DNA of 64,000 bases from an uncultured Verrucomicrobiae bacterium (GCA_963813025.1 CAWEXO010000005.1:32001-96000), one strand, 5' to 3'; positions 52,853-62,601 are shown, counted from the stretch's first letter. A program made the numbers and translations. Notes: generated from the letters alone by a model not told the origin.

Positions 52853-55421
52853 ATGAAACCAGGCAATTCCTTTCGCTCGATTTTTCTCGTGCTCTGCACA
52901 TTTGGTGCGAGCGCGTACGGACAATCAGCCGCAACGACGATCGACCAGAGGGTCGATGCGATCCTCTCCCAAATGAACTTGGCCGAAAAACTCAGCTATA
53001 TTGGCGGTACCCCCTTTTTTGACGTTAAACCGATTCCCGTCCCGAATCTCCAGGTTCCGCTGAACCCACAGATTTATCAAACAGACGGTCCGCTGGGCGT
53101 TCGCCGCAACTCCCCGGGAATTCGTTTCCCGGCGGGGTTAACGCTGGCCGCGACCTGGAATCGTAATCTCGCCCGGGAACAAGGAATCTCCATGGGCCGC
53201 GACAGCCGGGCCAGAGGGTATTTTTCCATCCTTGGACCGGGCATGGATTTCTACCGTGTACCGATGGGCGGCCGCAACTTTGAATATATGACTGGCGAAG
53301 ACCCCTACCTCGGGAGCCAACTGGTGCCCCAAGTGGTCAAGGGTATCCAAGCCCAGGGCGTGTGGTCGTGCGCCAAACATTTCGTCTGCAACGACGAGGA
53401 AGAAAACCGGACGAATGTTCAGATCCTGGTCGATGAACGGACCTTGCGAGAGATCTACCTGCCGCCTTTCGAGGCCGCAGTGAAGGACGGCGGTGTTGCT
53501 ACCGTCATGGGAGCATACAACGGGGTAAACGGGTATTTCTGTTCCGAAAGTCCGTTTCTGCTGACCCAAGTCTTGAAAGAGGAATGGGGATTCACCGGTT
53601 TGTTAATGTCGGACTACAACGCGATTCATTACGGCTTAAACGCTGCCTTGGCTGGTTGCGACCTGGATTTACCGACCGGCAGTTTCATGAACAGTCAGAC
53701 CTTACTACCTTATATTCCTACTCCTCTTTCAGTTTCAATTATCGATGACAAGGTTCGGCGCATTTTGCGGGAGGTCATATCTTTCGGATTTCTTGACCGC
53801 CAGCAGCTGGACCCGACGATTCCGCTCGACGATCCCTATAGCGAGGACGCGGCGCTCAATGTTGCTCGTGAAGGGATTGTGCTGCTGAAGAATCAAGGAA
53901 ACCTTTTGCCGCTGAAAGAAAATATACCGTCCGTAGCCATCGTCGGATCCCTTGCCTTGAACGCGCCACCGACCGGTTTTGGCAGTTCTTACGTCACGCC
54001 GATCACTTACATCAGCGAGCTGGAAGGCATTCAGAATGAGGTCTCTCCTCAGACTCAGGTAGAGACTATCTCCGCCTGCACACTCAACCCGGCGCAGGCA
54101 GCTTGGCAGTACCTTGATGTTAATAATGAGGTTCAGCAGGGTCTGAAAGCGGAATACTACACCTCGAACGATCTTTCGGGCACGCCTGCGATTACGCGGA
54201 CCGATATTCATCTGAATTTTGACTGGGATATTGATCCGATTCCGGTGTCGATGAACCAGGGGAGTTTTTCTGCGCGCTGGATCGGTCAAGTCAGTGCCGG
54301 TGATCTCTGGCGACCATGTTTTTAAAGTCCGGGGCGACGGAGGACTCCGACTAATCGTGAACGGGCAAACCTTGATAGATACTTTTAATTCGCCTCCGCT
54401 GCCTCCAGTGGGTTACGGACCGACCCTAGCGCTTTCCGGGAAAATCGCCTTGCAGGCCGGCAAGGCTTATACGGTGGAAATCGATTACCGTCGCGTCGGT
54501 GGCTTTTTTGATACTTTCGAACAGGGTGGTTTAACTGGGGTACAAGCCAGTTGGGCTTCACTGGAAGCTCCTCCTAATTTCGCCGGGTACGGTGCTGTTG
54601 TTATCGCGGCTGGGATCAGTAACGAGTACGAAGGCGAAGGACAGGACCGACCGTTCCAGCTGCCGGAATTTCAAGACGAGCTAATCTCGAATCTGGCGCG
54701 GGTTAATCCGCGGGTAATTGTGGTTTTCCACGGGGGCGGCAACTTCGATTCACAGCAGTGGATCGGCAGCGTCGCAGGTTTCCTGGAGATCTTTTACCCC
54801 GGCCAGAACGGCGGGCAGGCACTTGCCGAAATCCTATTCGGAGACGTGAATCCTTCTGGCAAACTGCCGGTGAGCATGGAGAAACGGATCGAAGATAATC
54901 CGGCTTACGCCACTTTCCCGAATCCGGTGAATCAACATCCGGACGCGATTCCGTACTCCGAAGGAATTTTCGTAGGATATCGCGGTTATGAAAAGAATAA
55001 CATCGAGCCGTTGTATCCTTTCGGCTTTGGCTTGTCGTACACGACCTTTGCCTTTTCCGACCTCAAGATTGAACCAGCAGTTTTCAACGGCACAGAACCA
55101 GTGACAGTGTCGTTTACGGTGAAAAACACCGGGCAGCGGCTTGGCGCTGAAGTCGCGCAACTTTATGTCGGTCAAAGCAACCCGAAAATTGTGCGGCCAC
55201 AGAAAGAGTTAAAAGGTTTTCAAAAAGTCTTTTTGCAACCAGGAGAATCGAAAACGGTAACGCTACAGCTCGACCAACGGTCGTTCGCTTATTTCAACAC
55301 CGATGCTCATGTCTGGGATGCGGTAAAAGGCAAATACAACGTGCTGGTTGGGAGTTCGTCAGAGGATATCGCCCTTAATGGACAAGTGACTCTGCCCGCG
55401 GAAATCACTGCGCAGCCCTGA
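52853..55421 (+). CDS. Secreted GH3 beta-glucosidase with PA14 insert and Fn3-like domain; one frameshift at ~54290-54294
   Basis: TDGPLG, GGRNFE, KHF, MSDY, VLLKN, PA14 (FSARW.G...DGGLRL), EGEGQDR, NPSGKLP, YPFGFGLSYT, KELKGF. Spans track ORFs 52853..54325 and 54294..55421. Confidence 0.9.
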
Positions 55422-55485
55422 TACGGGCCAAGAACTTCCACCGTCAGCGTTTCCCACTTACTCGAGACGAAGGCCTGGATTCAAA

Positions 55486-57156
55486 TCAGGAGGGACGTTT
55501 CCGTAGTCTCCATTGCCTTTGAGCTAAGCGGCGGTGACTAACAAGTTCCCTGTTGACGCAAAGATAAATCCTCTCCTGCACCCGGCCTTCTCCGATATGT
55601 AAGTTCTTTGCTCGCTCGATGATCTTTTTCTCGGCTTTCGTCATCCGGTCGCGTTGCAATACATGTTGAGTCCAAGACGGTACCATCATTTCGACACGAA
55701 AGATGTTGAACCGGGTCAGATCTTCGTGCAGTCGCCAGCTGAACGCACCGTTTCGCAGATGAATCAGCCGCACCTGTCTCATCAATTCCATAAACTCGTC
55801 TTCGCGCACCCGATCCACTTCAAACTCATACGTGATGGCAACCGGTCCATCTTGCGGCTGAGGCAAGTTGATCAGTTTATGGGAGAAACTTGTCTGGGAC
55901 AAACTTGTCACGGATCCAGGATCGAACTCTAGCTTTTCGGTGAAATTAATCGACAGAGGAATAGCCAGAATCAAACTGATCGACAACAGGACTGCCCCTC
56001 CGATCAAGGTAGGGTGCACGCCCAAGATAGCTGCTGCCGCTCCCCAAACGACGCCGCCCAGAGCCATCGCCCCTTGGGAAACCATGATGATGGTGGCGTT
56101 CATGCGGCCTCTCGACCAGCTTGGCATCGCGCGCTGCGCTGCAACCCAGAGTTCTGACGCAGACATCGTCCACCCGATTCCGGCAGCAGCAGCAACGATC
56201 ATGAAAATGGTCTGGTCTCGGACAAATGCCATCAGGAGGTAAACGACCGCTATCACCAGATTCGCGATCACGATGAGCGTATTGGAGGAAAGACGTGCCC
56301 GGACCCAGGGTACCACAAAAATCGCTCCAAATACGGCACCCGCACCCATGGAGCTGAACAGAATGCCACAACCCGCCGCTGTAAGTTTTAGCTCCTTCAG
56401 GCCGACGACCGGGATCAGTGCCGGTATCAGTGCGATAAAAAAGGCAAATAAGATATTTCGAGCCAATACAACCTGTATGCCTGGGGCATACCGAACGTAC
56501 CGAATCGCTGTAGAAAAAGATTCAAAAAAGTTCTCTAATGGTAGCTTCGACGGTCTCTCTTTTCGCTTCCATTGTAAGATTGCAAGAATTACGACAAGAA
56601 AACAGATCGCATTCAGCGTAAACACCCAGTTCGCTCCAATCAGCGGAATCAGCATCCCGCCAATAGCAGGTCCCAGAATCCCGGAAATGTTGAGTTGCAA
56701 GCCACCCAGCGTCGCGGCCGACGGAAGTTCCTCATCTGACACTAGTTCCGGCACAATCGCCGTCCAAGCAGGAGCGTTGAAGGCAAACCCAATTCCGATT
56801 AAGAAAATGCAAATCAGAATAATGTATGGATTAAGAACGCCGAGTGAACCAAGAATTGCGAGCAGCCCTGCAGCAACGGCTAGCCACACATTCATAATCC
56901 AAAGCAATTTGCGCCTGTCGACGATGTCCGCCAAAGCTCCGGCCGGCAAAGTAAATAGAAAGAACGGTAAAGACGCGACAGTTGACATTAAGGATAAAAA
57001 CAATGCAGACGGGCCGAGCTTAAACATCACCCAGGTTGCAGCGCAGTCATGAGCTGCAACACAAGTCCCGGAGAGTACACTTGCGAACCAGAGTTTTCGA
57101 AATACCGGGTTTCGCAGAGCGGTAAAAGTCGAAGTATTTTGTAAACTCTTGCTCAT
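55486..57156 (-). CDS. MFS transporter with C-terminal soluble extension (MFS_3/DUF894-like)
   Basis: FRKLW, AGALADIVDRRK, PAWTAIVPELV, GPAIGG, ~12 TM helices, GPVAITYE...RNGAFSW tail. Confidence 0.9.
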   Translation of the reverse strand: MSKSLQNTSTFTALRNPVFRKLWFASVLSGTCVAAHDCAATWVMFKLGPSALFLSLMSTVASLPFFLFTLPAGALADIVDRRKLLWIMNVWLAVAAGLLAILGSLGVLNPYIILICIFLIGIGFAFNAPAWTAIVPELVSDEELPSAATLGGLQLNISGILGPAIGGMLIPLIGANWVFTLNAICFLVVILAILQWKRKERPSKLPLENFFESFSTAIRYVRYAPGIQVVLARNILFAFFIALIPALIPVVGLKELKLTAAGCGILFSSMGAGAVFGAIFVVPWVRARLSSNTLIVIANLVIAVVYLLMAFVRDQTIFMIVAAAAGIGWTMSASELWVAAQRAMPSWSRGRMNATIIMVSQGAMALGGVVWGAAAAILGVHPTLIGGAVLLSISLILAIPLSINFTEKLEFDPGSVTSLSQTSFSHKLINLPQPQDGPVAITYEFEVDRVREDEFMELMRQVRLIHLRNGAFSWRLHEDLTRFNIFRVEMMVPSWTQHVLQRDRMTKAEKKIIERAKNLHIGEGRVQERIYLCVNRELVSHRRLAQRQWRLRKRPS

Positions 57157-57809
57157 CCGAGCGCTTCTTTTTTTCAGCGGGCTTTGGCAAGAACACCGAG
57201 CTTCTGACGCTCACGTTCCGAACTTCGAAAAACCAAGATCCAGATTGAAAGCTCTCCATTGGTCCAGGCGAACAGGTTCAAAGTGACAAGACAGAGAGCC
57301 GAAAAAAACAGGGGCAACTTCTTCAAGTGGGGGAAACAAAACTTCAAAGCAGGATCTCTACCTTTATGACTGCTAGCCAGATGGGTCAAGCCACCGGTGC
57401 CGGCGCGGATAGAAAACTGGTCGTCGCTCAGCTTGCAGCGGCCGGGTAAAAACCGGCGGACGCTCTCATGACATCCGATTAATGGGGGTCTCTGGCAGGA
57501 GATTCCTCTTCTGGGATATTATCGCCGGATATCTGCCTACGCTTACGCTCTATTGCGTATTCGAGGGTTTCCCTGATTAACGTCCGCTGGGGTGATCTCG
57601 GAAACTTCAATCTCCCCCAATTCCTCAATCATGATCTCCAGGCGGTATTAAGCATCCCTAAATACGAGGCTTAGCGGGCCTTCGCCCGGTCGTTTTCCTT
57701 CTTTGATCGGTCAAGATCATAGTTTATCGATCAACCCTGGAACCAGGGAGGAGCGAGGGAGAATGCCCGGAGAACAGCTCTAGGACTTGAAGAACCGCTA
57801 CTGGAGAAG

Positions 57810-57864
57810 TGCCGATGGCGGGACTCGAACCCGCACGGAGCTTTCGCCCCAACGGATTTTAAGT
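57810..57864 (-). tRNA. 3' half of tRNA-Leu(TAA) = attachment-site duplicate, not a functional tRNA
   Basis: Minus strand reads ACTTAAAATCCGT-TGGGGCGAAAGCTCCG-T-GCGGGTTCGAGTCCCGC-CATCGGC-A: anticodon loop, long variable arm, T-arm and acceptor 3' strand. The D-arm and 5' half are absent. Confidence 0.88.
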
Positions 57865-57933
57865 TCGGTAAGGATCGTTGATTCTAAAGGACTTACATTG
57901 ACGAGTGCCTGAAAAGTGCCACCTTTGGCACTC

Positions 57934-59097
57934 ATGGGAAGCAAACCAAGGTGGCCGGCTATTCGGGAACGCGTCAACGCATCTGGAACCATTTCGTTCG
58001 TCGTGGACGGAATAATTGGCGGCGAACGCCTCAGATCCTTTCACAAAACCAAGGGCGAAGCCGAAACCAAGGCGGCGCAAATGCGAGCCAAACGCGCAAA
58101 CGAAGGGGCTACCGCTTTTGGGTTGCCGGCGCCCGATCGGGTTGACGCCGAAACCGCCCTAGGCTTGCTAAAACCGCATGGGGTTCGCCTGGAACAGGCC
58201 GCCCAGTTTTATTTGCGCCACTTGGAAGTGATCCGGCAATCGAAGACGGCCGGCGAAGCGGTGGCTGAGCTGTTGGTGTCCAAAGAACAAGACAGAAAAA
58301 GCGCACGGTACTTGGGCGATATGCGCAACCGACTCGAAACCTTTGCCAACGATAAAACATTTGCCGCCCTACCTATTCATGAGATCACCGCCCGCCAGCT
58401 CGAGGATTGGTTGCGCCGGCTGCGCGTCTCACCAATCACCCGGAACAACTTCCGCCGGCTGATCGGTGTCTTGTTTGGGTTCGCTCTCAAACGCGGGTAC
58501 GTCCTGAAAAATCCCGTCAAGAATGTTGAGATCGCAAATGTCGAGAGCATCAAACCGGCAATCTTGAGCGTCGAAGAAACCCAGGCGTTGCTTAGCTGCG
58601 CCTCTGTCGAGCTTCTGCCAAGCTTGGTTGTGGCAGTTTTCGCGGGGTTACGGCCACAATCGGAAATCTTCCGCCTGGACTGGGCATCGATCCATCTGGA
58701 CGAAAAGGAAATTGATATCGCTCAATCGAAAAACCTGGCATCGCACCGTTACGTAAAAATTTCCGATAATCTGGCCGTCTGGTTGCGCCCTCACGTCAAG
58801 ACGAAAGGCCGCGTTGGCCTTCGCCATGAACCTTACTATCGGCATTTGCAAGCCGCTCGCGCGAAAGCTGCGGAAAGCTTGGAATCACAAGGGATCGATG
58901 CAACGACTCTGCGCGCCTGGGGTTCTGATATCTGCCGGCATACCTATGCGAGTTTTCACTACGGAATGTGGAAAAGTGCCGCCGCAACAGCCGAACAGCT
59001 CGGGCACCGCGGCAACCTGCAAATGCTTCACAGATTTTACCGAGCCCGCGTCAGGGAATCTGCCGCGCGGGGCTTTTGGGCGCTTTTGCCTTCTTGA
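57934..59097 (+). CDS. int: Tyrosine recombinase / integrase
   Basis: FAGLRPQSE (R), QSK (K), DICRHTYAS, LGH and RFY (Y); SAM-like core-binding region. Adjacent to the att fragment. Confidence 0.92.
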   Translation: MGSKPRWPAIRERVNASGTISFVVDGIIGGERLRSFHKTKGEAETKAAQMRAKRANEGATAFGLPAPDRVDAETALGLLKPHGVRLEQAAQFYLRHLEVIRQSKTAGEAVAELLVSKEQDRKSARYLGDMRNRLETFANDKTFAALPIHEITARQLEDWLRRLRVSPITRNNFRRLIGVLFGFALKRGYVLKNPVKNVEIANVESIKPAILSVEETQALLSCASVELLPSLVVAVFAGLRPQSEIFRLDWASIHLDEKEIDIAQSKNLASHRYVKISDNLAVWLRPHVKTKGRVGLRHEPYYRHLQAARAKAAESLESQGIDATTLRAWGSDICRHTYASFHYGMWKSAAATAEQLGHRGNLQMLHRFYRARVRESAARGFWALLPS

Positions 59098-59677
59098 TCG
59101 CCGAGGTTCTGTCCTGCCGATCCTGATACCACTTCGAAAGAATTGCGCGGTTCGTGGCTTCCTTCCCGGCCCGGTGTGACGCAAACCAGAGTTCTTTTTT
59201 CCAGTCAACCTCGAGCTTGTTCAGGATCTTCAGCACACCTTCACCAAGCTCGAACAGTTCGCCGATTTTGTGTAGTTCAAACCCGATTTCTCGTTTGACG
59301 TTCCAGAATCGGTTTGAATCCGTGGCAAGGCTAGCGATGAGCAGCACTTCAATGTTAAACGCGAAATTATCGGCCAGTCTTCTAACGAAAGCTTCGTCAA
59401 CTGCCCGCGTTTTTTCCTTCATCCTTTCGCGAACGTCGGCCGTCAACGGTTCGCCGAATGCGTTCACAAGTTCGTTCCGTTCTTCAGACAGAAAGAAATC
59501 AAAGCCAGTTTCAAACACGACCCTGTTTTCTAACTTGTGACTCATTTTCAATCGCCCGTTTTCGATCATCCTGATTGATATGGGCTTACATCCGACGAGC
59601 CGAGCAAGTTTTGCTTGGGATAAGCCGAGGATCTTCCTGGCACGGCGCAACGGATGTTCGCGGGTTCGCCTAGGCAT
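59051..59677 (-). CDS. XRE-family HTH transcriptional regulator (putative repressor)
   Basis: LRRARKILGLSQAKLARLVG....IRMIENG; divergent from the xis-like gene. Confidence 0.85.
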   Translation of the reverse strand: MPRRTREHPLRRARKILGLSQAKLARLVGCKPISIRMIENGRLKMSHKLENRVVFETGFDFFLSEERNELVNAFGEPLTADVRERMKEKTRAVDEAFVRRLADNFAFNIEVLLIASLATDSNRFWNVKREIGFELHKIGELFELGEGVLKILNKLEVDWKKELWFASHRAGKEATNRAILSKWYQDRQDRTSAIKKAKAPKSPARQIP

Positions 59678-59759
59678 GCGTTACCACTATCTATAAATCG
59701 ATGGGTAACAACCGGTTTCCAGTTAACCGCACGGGTTATCACTGGTAACGTTTCCGGCG
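59678..59759. promoter_or_regulatory. Divergent promoter/operator region
   Basis: 82-bp gap between divergent HTH genes with repeated GTTACC/GGTAAC-like hexamers at 59680, 59704, 59722, 59735 and 59744. Confidence 0.55.
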
Positions 59760-59957
59760 ATGAACCATCAATGGTTGTTCCATCTTCTCAGCGAAGAAGA
59801 ACTAGCAAAAGCGCTAGGCATGAGCGTTTCCGGCGTGCGAAAGCTTCGATACAAAAAACTGCTTCCTTATGTTCGAATCGGCGCACGAACCGTTCGGTTC
59901 GACTTGTCGCGGGTTAAGGAAGCTCTCGAGCGGCTAGAAATCAAAGAGGTTTCCTAA
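59760..59957 (+). CDS. Excisionase/AlpA-like HTH protein
   Basis: 65 aa; LLSEEELAKALGMSVSGVRKLR...LPYVRIGARTVRFD matches the HTH_17 pattern. Confidence 0.85.
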   Translation: MNHQWLFHLLSEEELAKALGMSVSGVRKLRYKKLLPYVRIGARTVRFDLSRVKEALERLEIKEVS

Positions 59958-59960
59958 GCC

Positions 59961-60341
59961 ATGAAAAGGCGAGTCAAGAAAAAGGCGGCCCAGGTAACCA
60001 GCCCGGGCGCGCCCGAAGAAAGCACGAACGGGGCAAGGTATCACAACGCCACCGAAGCTCAATTCGCACTTGCCCGCGCGCAAGTCGACGAGCTGCGCCG
60101 CCGCGGTATTTGGCTGGGCGGCCCCTGGATGAGCATCCTCGACATCACGTCTCGAGCAAACAAGTGCGCGCGCAATACCGCGCTTCTCTACAAGCGGCTA
60201 ACCCGGACAAAGGCCGATGATCCGGCCTACAGTGGCGTCTTGAAAATGGCAGATGGCCAAACTTTTTGGGTCTCGGCCTGGCCACGGGTTGTTAACAGCC
60301 GCCCAGTTGTTGAAATTCGGCTACTACCCAAAACGGAATGA
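59961..60341 (+). CDS. Hypothetical element protein
   Basis: Tightly coupled after xis; C-terminal PAYSG.L....G..FWVSAW beta-rich segment. Confidence 0.6.
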   Translation: MKRRVKKKAAQVTSPGAPEESTNGARYHNATEAQFALARAQVDELRRRGIWLGGPWMSILDITSRANKCARNTALLYKRLTRTKADDPAYSGVLKMADGQTFWVSAWPRVVNSRPVVEIRLLPKTE

Positions 60342-60347
60342 GACGGC

Positions 60348-61349
60348 ATGAACCAGTTTCCCCCGTTTCTAAATGCACAGCTCGCCGCTTGCCCCTCGGC
60401 CGGTTCCGGCGTTCACCGTTGGCTTTATTCCACTGCGCGGAATTTGCACGCTCACCTGTCGCCGGAATCGATTTGCCAACTACTCAAACAAAAAAGCCGC
60501 ACGTGCGGCCGACGAGTTTCGGAAAAAGAGATTCAAGCGGCGGTTGAATCCTCGGCTCGCACCGCCTGGCAACCCAAGAATGTACCGACGGCGGTATGTT
60601 TCGAATCCGTGGACCTGATTTCAGGTTCACGGATTCCAGCACCTGCCTGGCCAGAGCCGAACCTAGACGCTATCCGGGAACACGTCGCCAAGGGTTTCGG
60701 GCTGTACGATCTCTGGGAAGCGAGTCCCGTCCGCTGGGACGACGAGCAAAGCCATGCCGAAGACATCGCCGACGGGACTTTTCCGGGCGATCCGCTTTTG
60801 TGCTGTGGCAAAGCCAAAGACACTTTTGCTACCCGGCGCCGCGAATGCTGGCGCGGGCACCTCGCGCGGCTTCCGCTCATTTGCCCGAACCCGATGCTCG
60901 ATTATAAAGGGCGAACTCAAGACGGCAAACTTAGTGAGCATAGCAAAGCAGCTACTGCCGCGCGGATCTATCTGGTAATTGAATTCGATTTTTCCGAATT
61001 CGCGCGGGACGGCGTAACCGAGTCAATCTGGGCACCGCTGGTGCGCGAATGGCGGGCCGACTCGATCACCGTTGCCGACGCTTGCGCTGCCTTGCACCGC
61101 TATCTAGCAACGCGTTTGCCTTTGGTTTTGGCTACTCATTCCGGCAACAAAAGTTTACACGGCTGGTATCAGGCGTTCAATCGAACCGAAAGCGCGCTGC
61201 GGGCTTTTATGGAAGGCGCGGTTTTTCTCGGCGGCGATCGGGCAAACTGGCTGCGCTCACAATTTTGTCGAGTTCCAGATGGCTTACGGGACGATGGCCG
61301 CCGGCAAACCTGTTTTTACTTCGATCCGGAAAAGGCGGTGCGCGTATGA
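60348..61349 (+). CDS. Putative AEP-type primase (Prim-Pol/RepB-like)
   Basis: YLVIEFD (motif I-like), HSGNKSLHGW (motif II-like), D...SQFCRVP. Coupled by ATGA to the helicase gene. Confidence 0.72.
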   Translation: MNQFPPFLNAQLAACPSAGSGVHRWLYSTARNLHAHLSPESICQLLKQKSRTCGRRVSEKEIQAAVESSARTAWQPKNVPTAVCFESVDLISGSRIPAPAWPEPNLDAIREHVAKGFGLYDLWEASPVRWDDEQSHAEDIADGTFPGDPLLCCGKAKDTFATRRRECWRGHLARLPLICPNPMLDYKGRTQDGKLSEHSKAATAARIYLVIEFDFSEFARDGVTESIWAPLVREWRADSITVADACAALHRYLATRLPLVLATHSGNKSLHGWYQAFNRTESALRAFMEGAVFLGGDRANWLRSQFCRVPDGLRDDGRRQTCFYFDPEKAVRV

Positions 61350-62407
61350 GGCCAAACCCGGCATACGTTCGCCCGGCCGAGGACGAAGAAACAGCGGGCA
61401 ACAACGGTGAGACGCCAAAGGTGTTTGTCGAGTTGGCTACCCCTTCTGATATTTTGGCCTATACCCCGCCGGCTGAAAACGTCTTAGTCGGCGATTGTCA
61501 CATTGTTCGGGGCAGTGTTTTTGCGATTGCTGGGCCGCCTGGTGTTGGCAAGAGCCGGGGCGCAACCGCGCTCGCCGAAGCCGGTGCCACCAAATACAGC
61601 TGGTTCGGGATGCCGGTTTTGCGGACGTTTAAAACCCTGATCGTTCAAGCCGAGAATAGTTTGCTGCGGTTGCGACAGGAATTGACTGAGATTGATGAAC
61701 CACGCCTCGCGGACAGCTTGCGGATTACCCCGCCGCCGCCTTTCGGGCTTTGCTTCTGGCGGCACGAATTCCGCGATCAGCTCAAACGCCAAGCCGACGA
61801 GTTTGGCCCCGATGCGGTTATCCTTGATCCATGGAACCAGATCGCCCGAGACGATCGGGCCAAAGATTACTTAGAGTCCTTCGAGCTTTGCCGCGCGGTG
61901 TTCCCTTCCGGCGATCAAGGGGTAGCGCTAGGCATTATCGCGCACACGAGAAAACCGCTGCCCGGCGAGCGAGCCAATGGCCGCGCACTGCTGCATTTGG
62001 TAACCGGCAGCTATGTCCTGGGCAGCGTCCCGCGCTGCATCTTTGTCATGCAGCACGCCACCGACGACACCACTGAGGATCGCGTCGTTTTTACGTGCTG
62101 CAAAAACAACGATGGCGAGCTGGGGCCACGCTCCGCCTGGGTTCGTCAAAACGGCCTTTTTGAGCCCGTCCAGAACTTCGACTGGAACGGCTGGGAAAAG
62201 GGCGAAAAAGCGGGACTTTTTACGCTTTATGACGTGCCCACTTTGTTCGTGCAAAGCGAAGAAGCCGTGGCACGCACTATTTTGGCCCAGAGAATCACCG
62301 AAAAAGGGGTATCCAAACGCACCGCTTACCGCCGGATCGAAGAAGCTCAAAAATCGGGCTTGATCAAGTTCCATAAAGGAAAGGACGGATATGTACTTTC
62401 CCAGTAG
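61346..62407 (+). CDS. AAA_25/RepA-like replicative helicase with C-terminal HTH
   Basis: Walker A GPPGVGKS, QAEN, Walker B VILDP, IIAHTRK, GS, KNN. Start ATG 61346 overlaps the primase stop. Confidence 0.85.
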   Translation: MRPNPAYVRPAEDEETAGNNGETPKVFVELATPSDILAYTPPAENVLVGDCHIVRGSVFAIAGPPGVGKSRGATALAEAGATKYSWFGMPVLRTFKTLIVQAENSLLRLRQELTEIDEPRLADSLRITPPPPFGLCFWRHEFRDQLKRQADEFGPDAVILDPWNQIARDDRAKDYLESFELCRAVFPSGDQGVALGIIAHTRKPLPGERANGRALLHLVTGSYVLGSVPRCIFVMQHATDDTTEDRVVFTCCKNNDGELGPRSAWVRQNGLFEPVQNFDWNGWEKGEKAGLFTLYDVPTLFVQSEEAVARTILAQRITEKGVSKRTAYRRIEEAQKSGLIKFHKGKDGYVLSQ

Positions 62408-62414
62408 TGCAAGA

Positions 62415-62518
62415 TTTGTGCAAGGCACGTGCCATGGCACAACGCTGGCACAAACTCCGATTTGTGCCAATGCCAAAGCCCCTAAGGGATTGTGCCATGG
62501 CACAAACGCGGCACAAAC
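62415..62518. other. Putative replication origin (GGCACA/TGTGCC iteron cluster)
   Basis: At least eight GGCAC/GTGCC copies in both orientations immediately after the helicase stop, including palindromes GTGCCATGGCAC and TTGTGCCATGGCACAA. Confidence 0.65.
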
Positions 62519-62601
62519 GCCGACTTTTTACGTAATAAGCACCGCGTCGAAACGGCGCGAAAAACAACCCCGATCCGCGGCGGTTTTCTGCGGGAACAAA
62601 A

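Noticed and set aside
66..57052. Numerous 60-280 aa antisense or alternate-frame ORFs (e.g. 34379..35221, 36878..37669, 56273..57052)
   Set aside because: They lie wholly within well-supported genes, lack motifs, and are expected shadows of GC-rich coding DNA.
57810..57900. Complete tRNA-Leu gene
   Set aside because: No D-arm, no complementary 5' anticodon-stem strand and no 5' acceptor strand; only the 3' half is present.
58925..58945. Integrase inactive because HxxR reads DICR
   Set aside because: The first His of HxxR is variable among tyrosine recombinases, and the R, K, R, H and Y residues are all present.
61049..61345. 99-aa N-terminal extension of the helicase in the ORF track
   Set aside because: It overlaps the primase coding region; ATG 61346 in an ATGA overlap is the more plausible start. 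Similar over-extensions were trimmed at 35825, 38549, 43760 and 49353.
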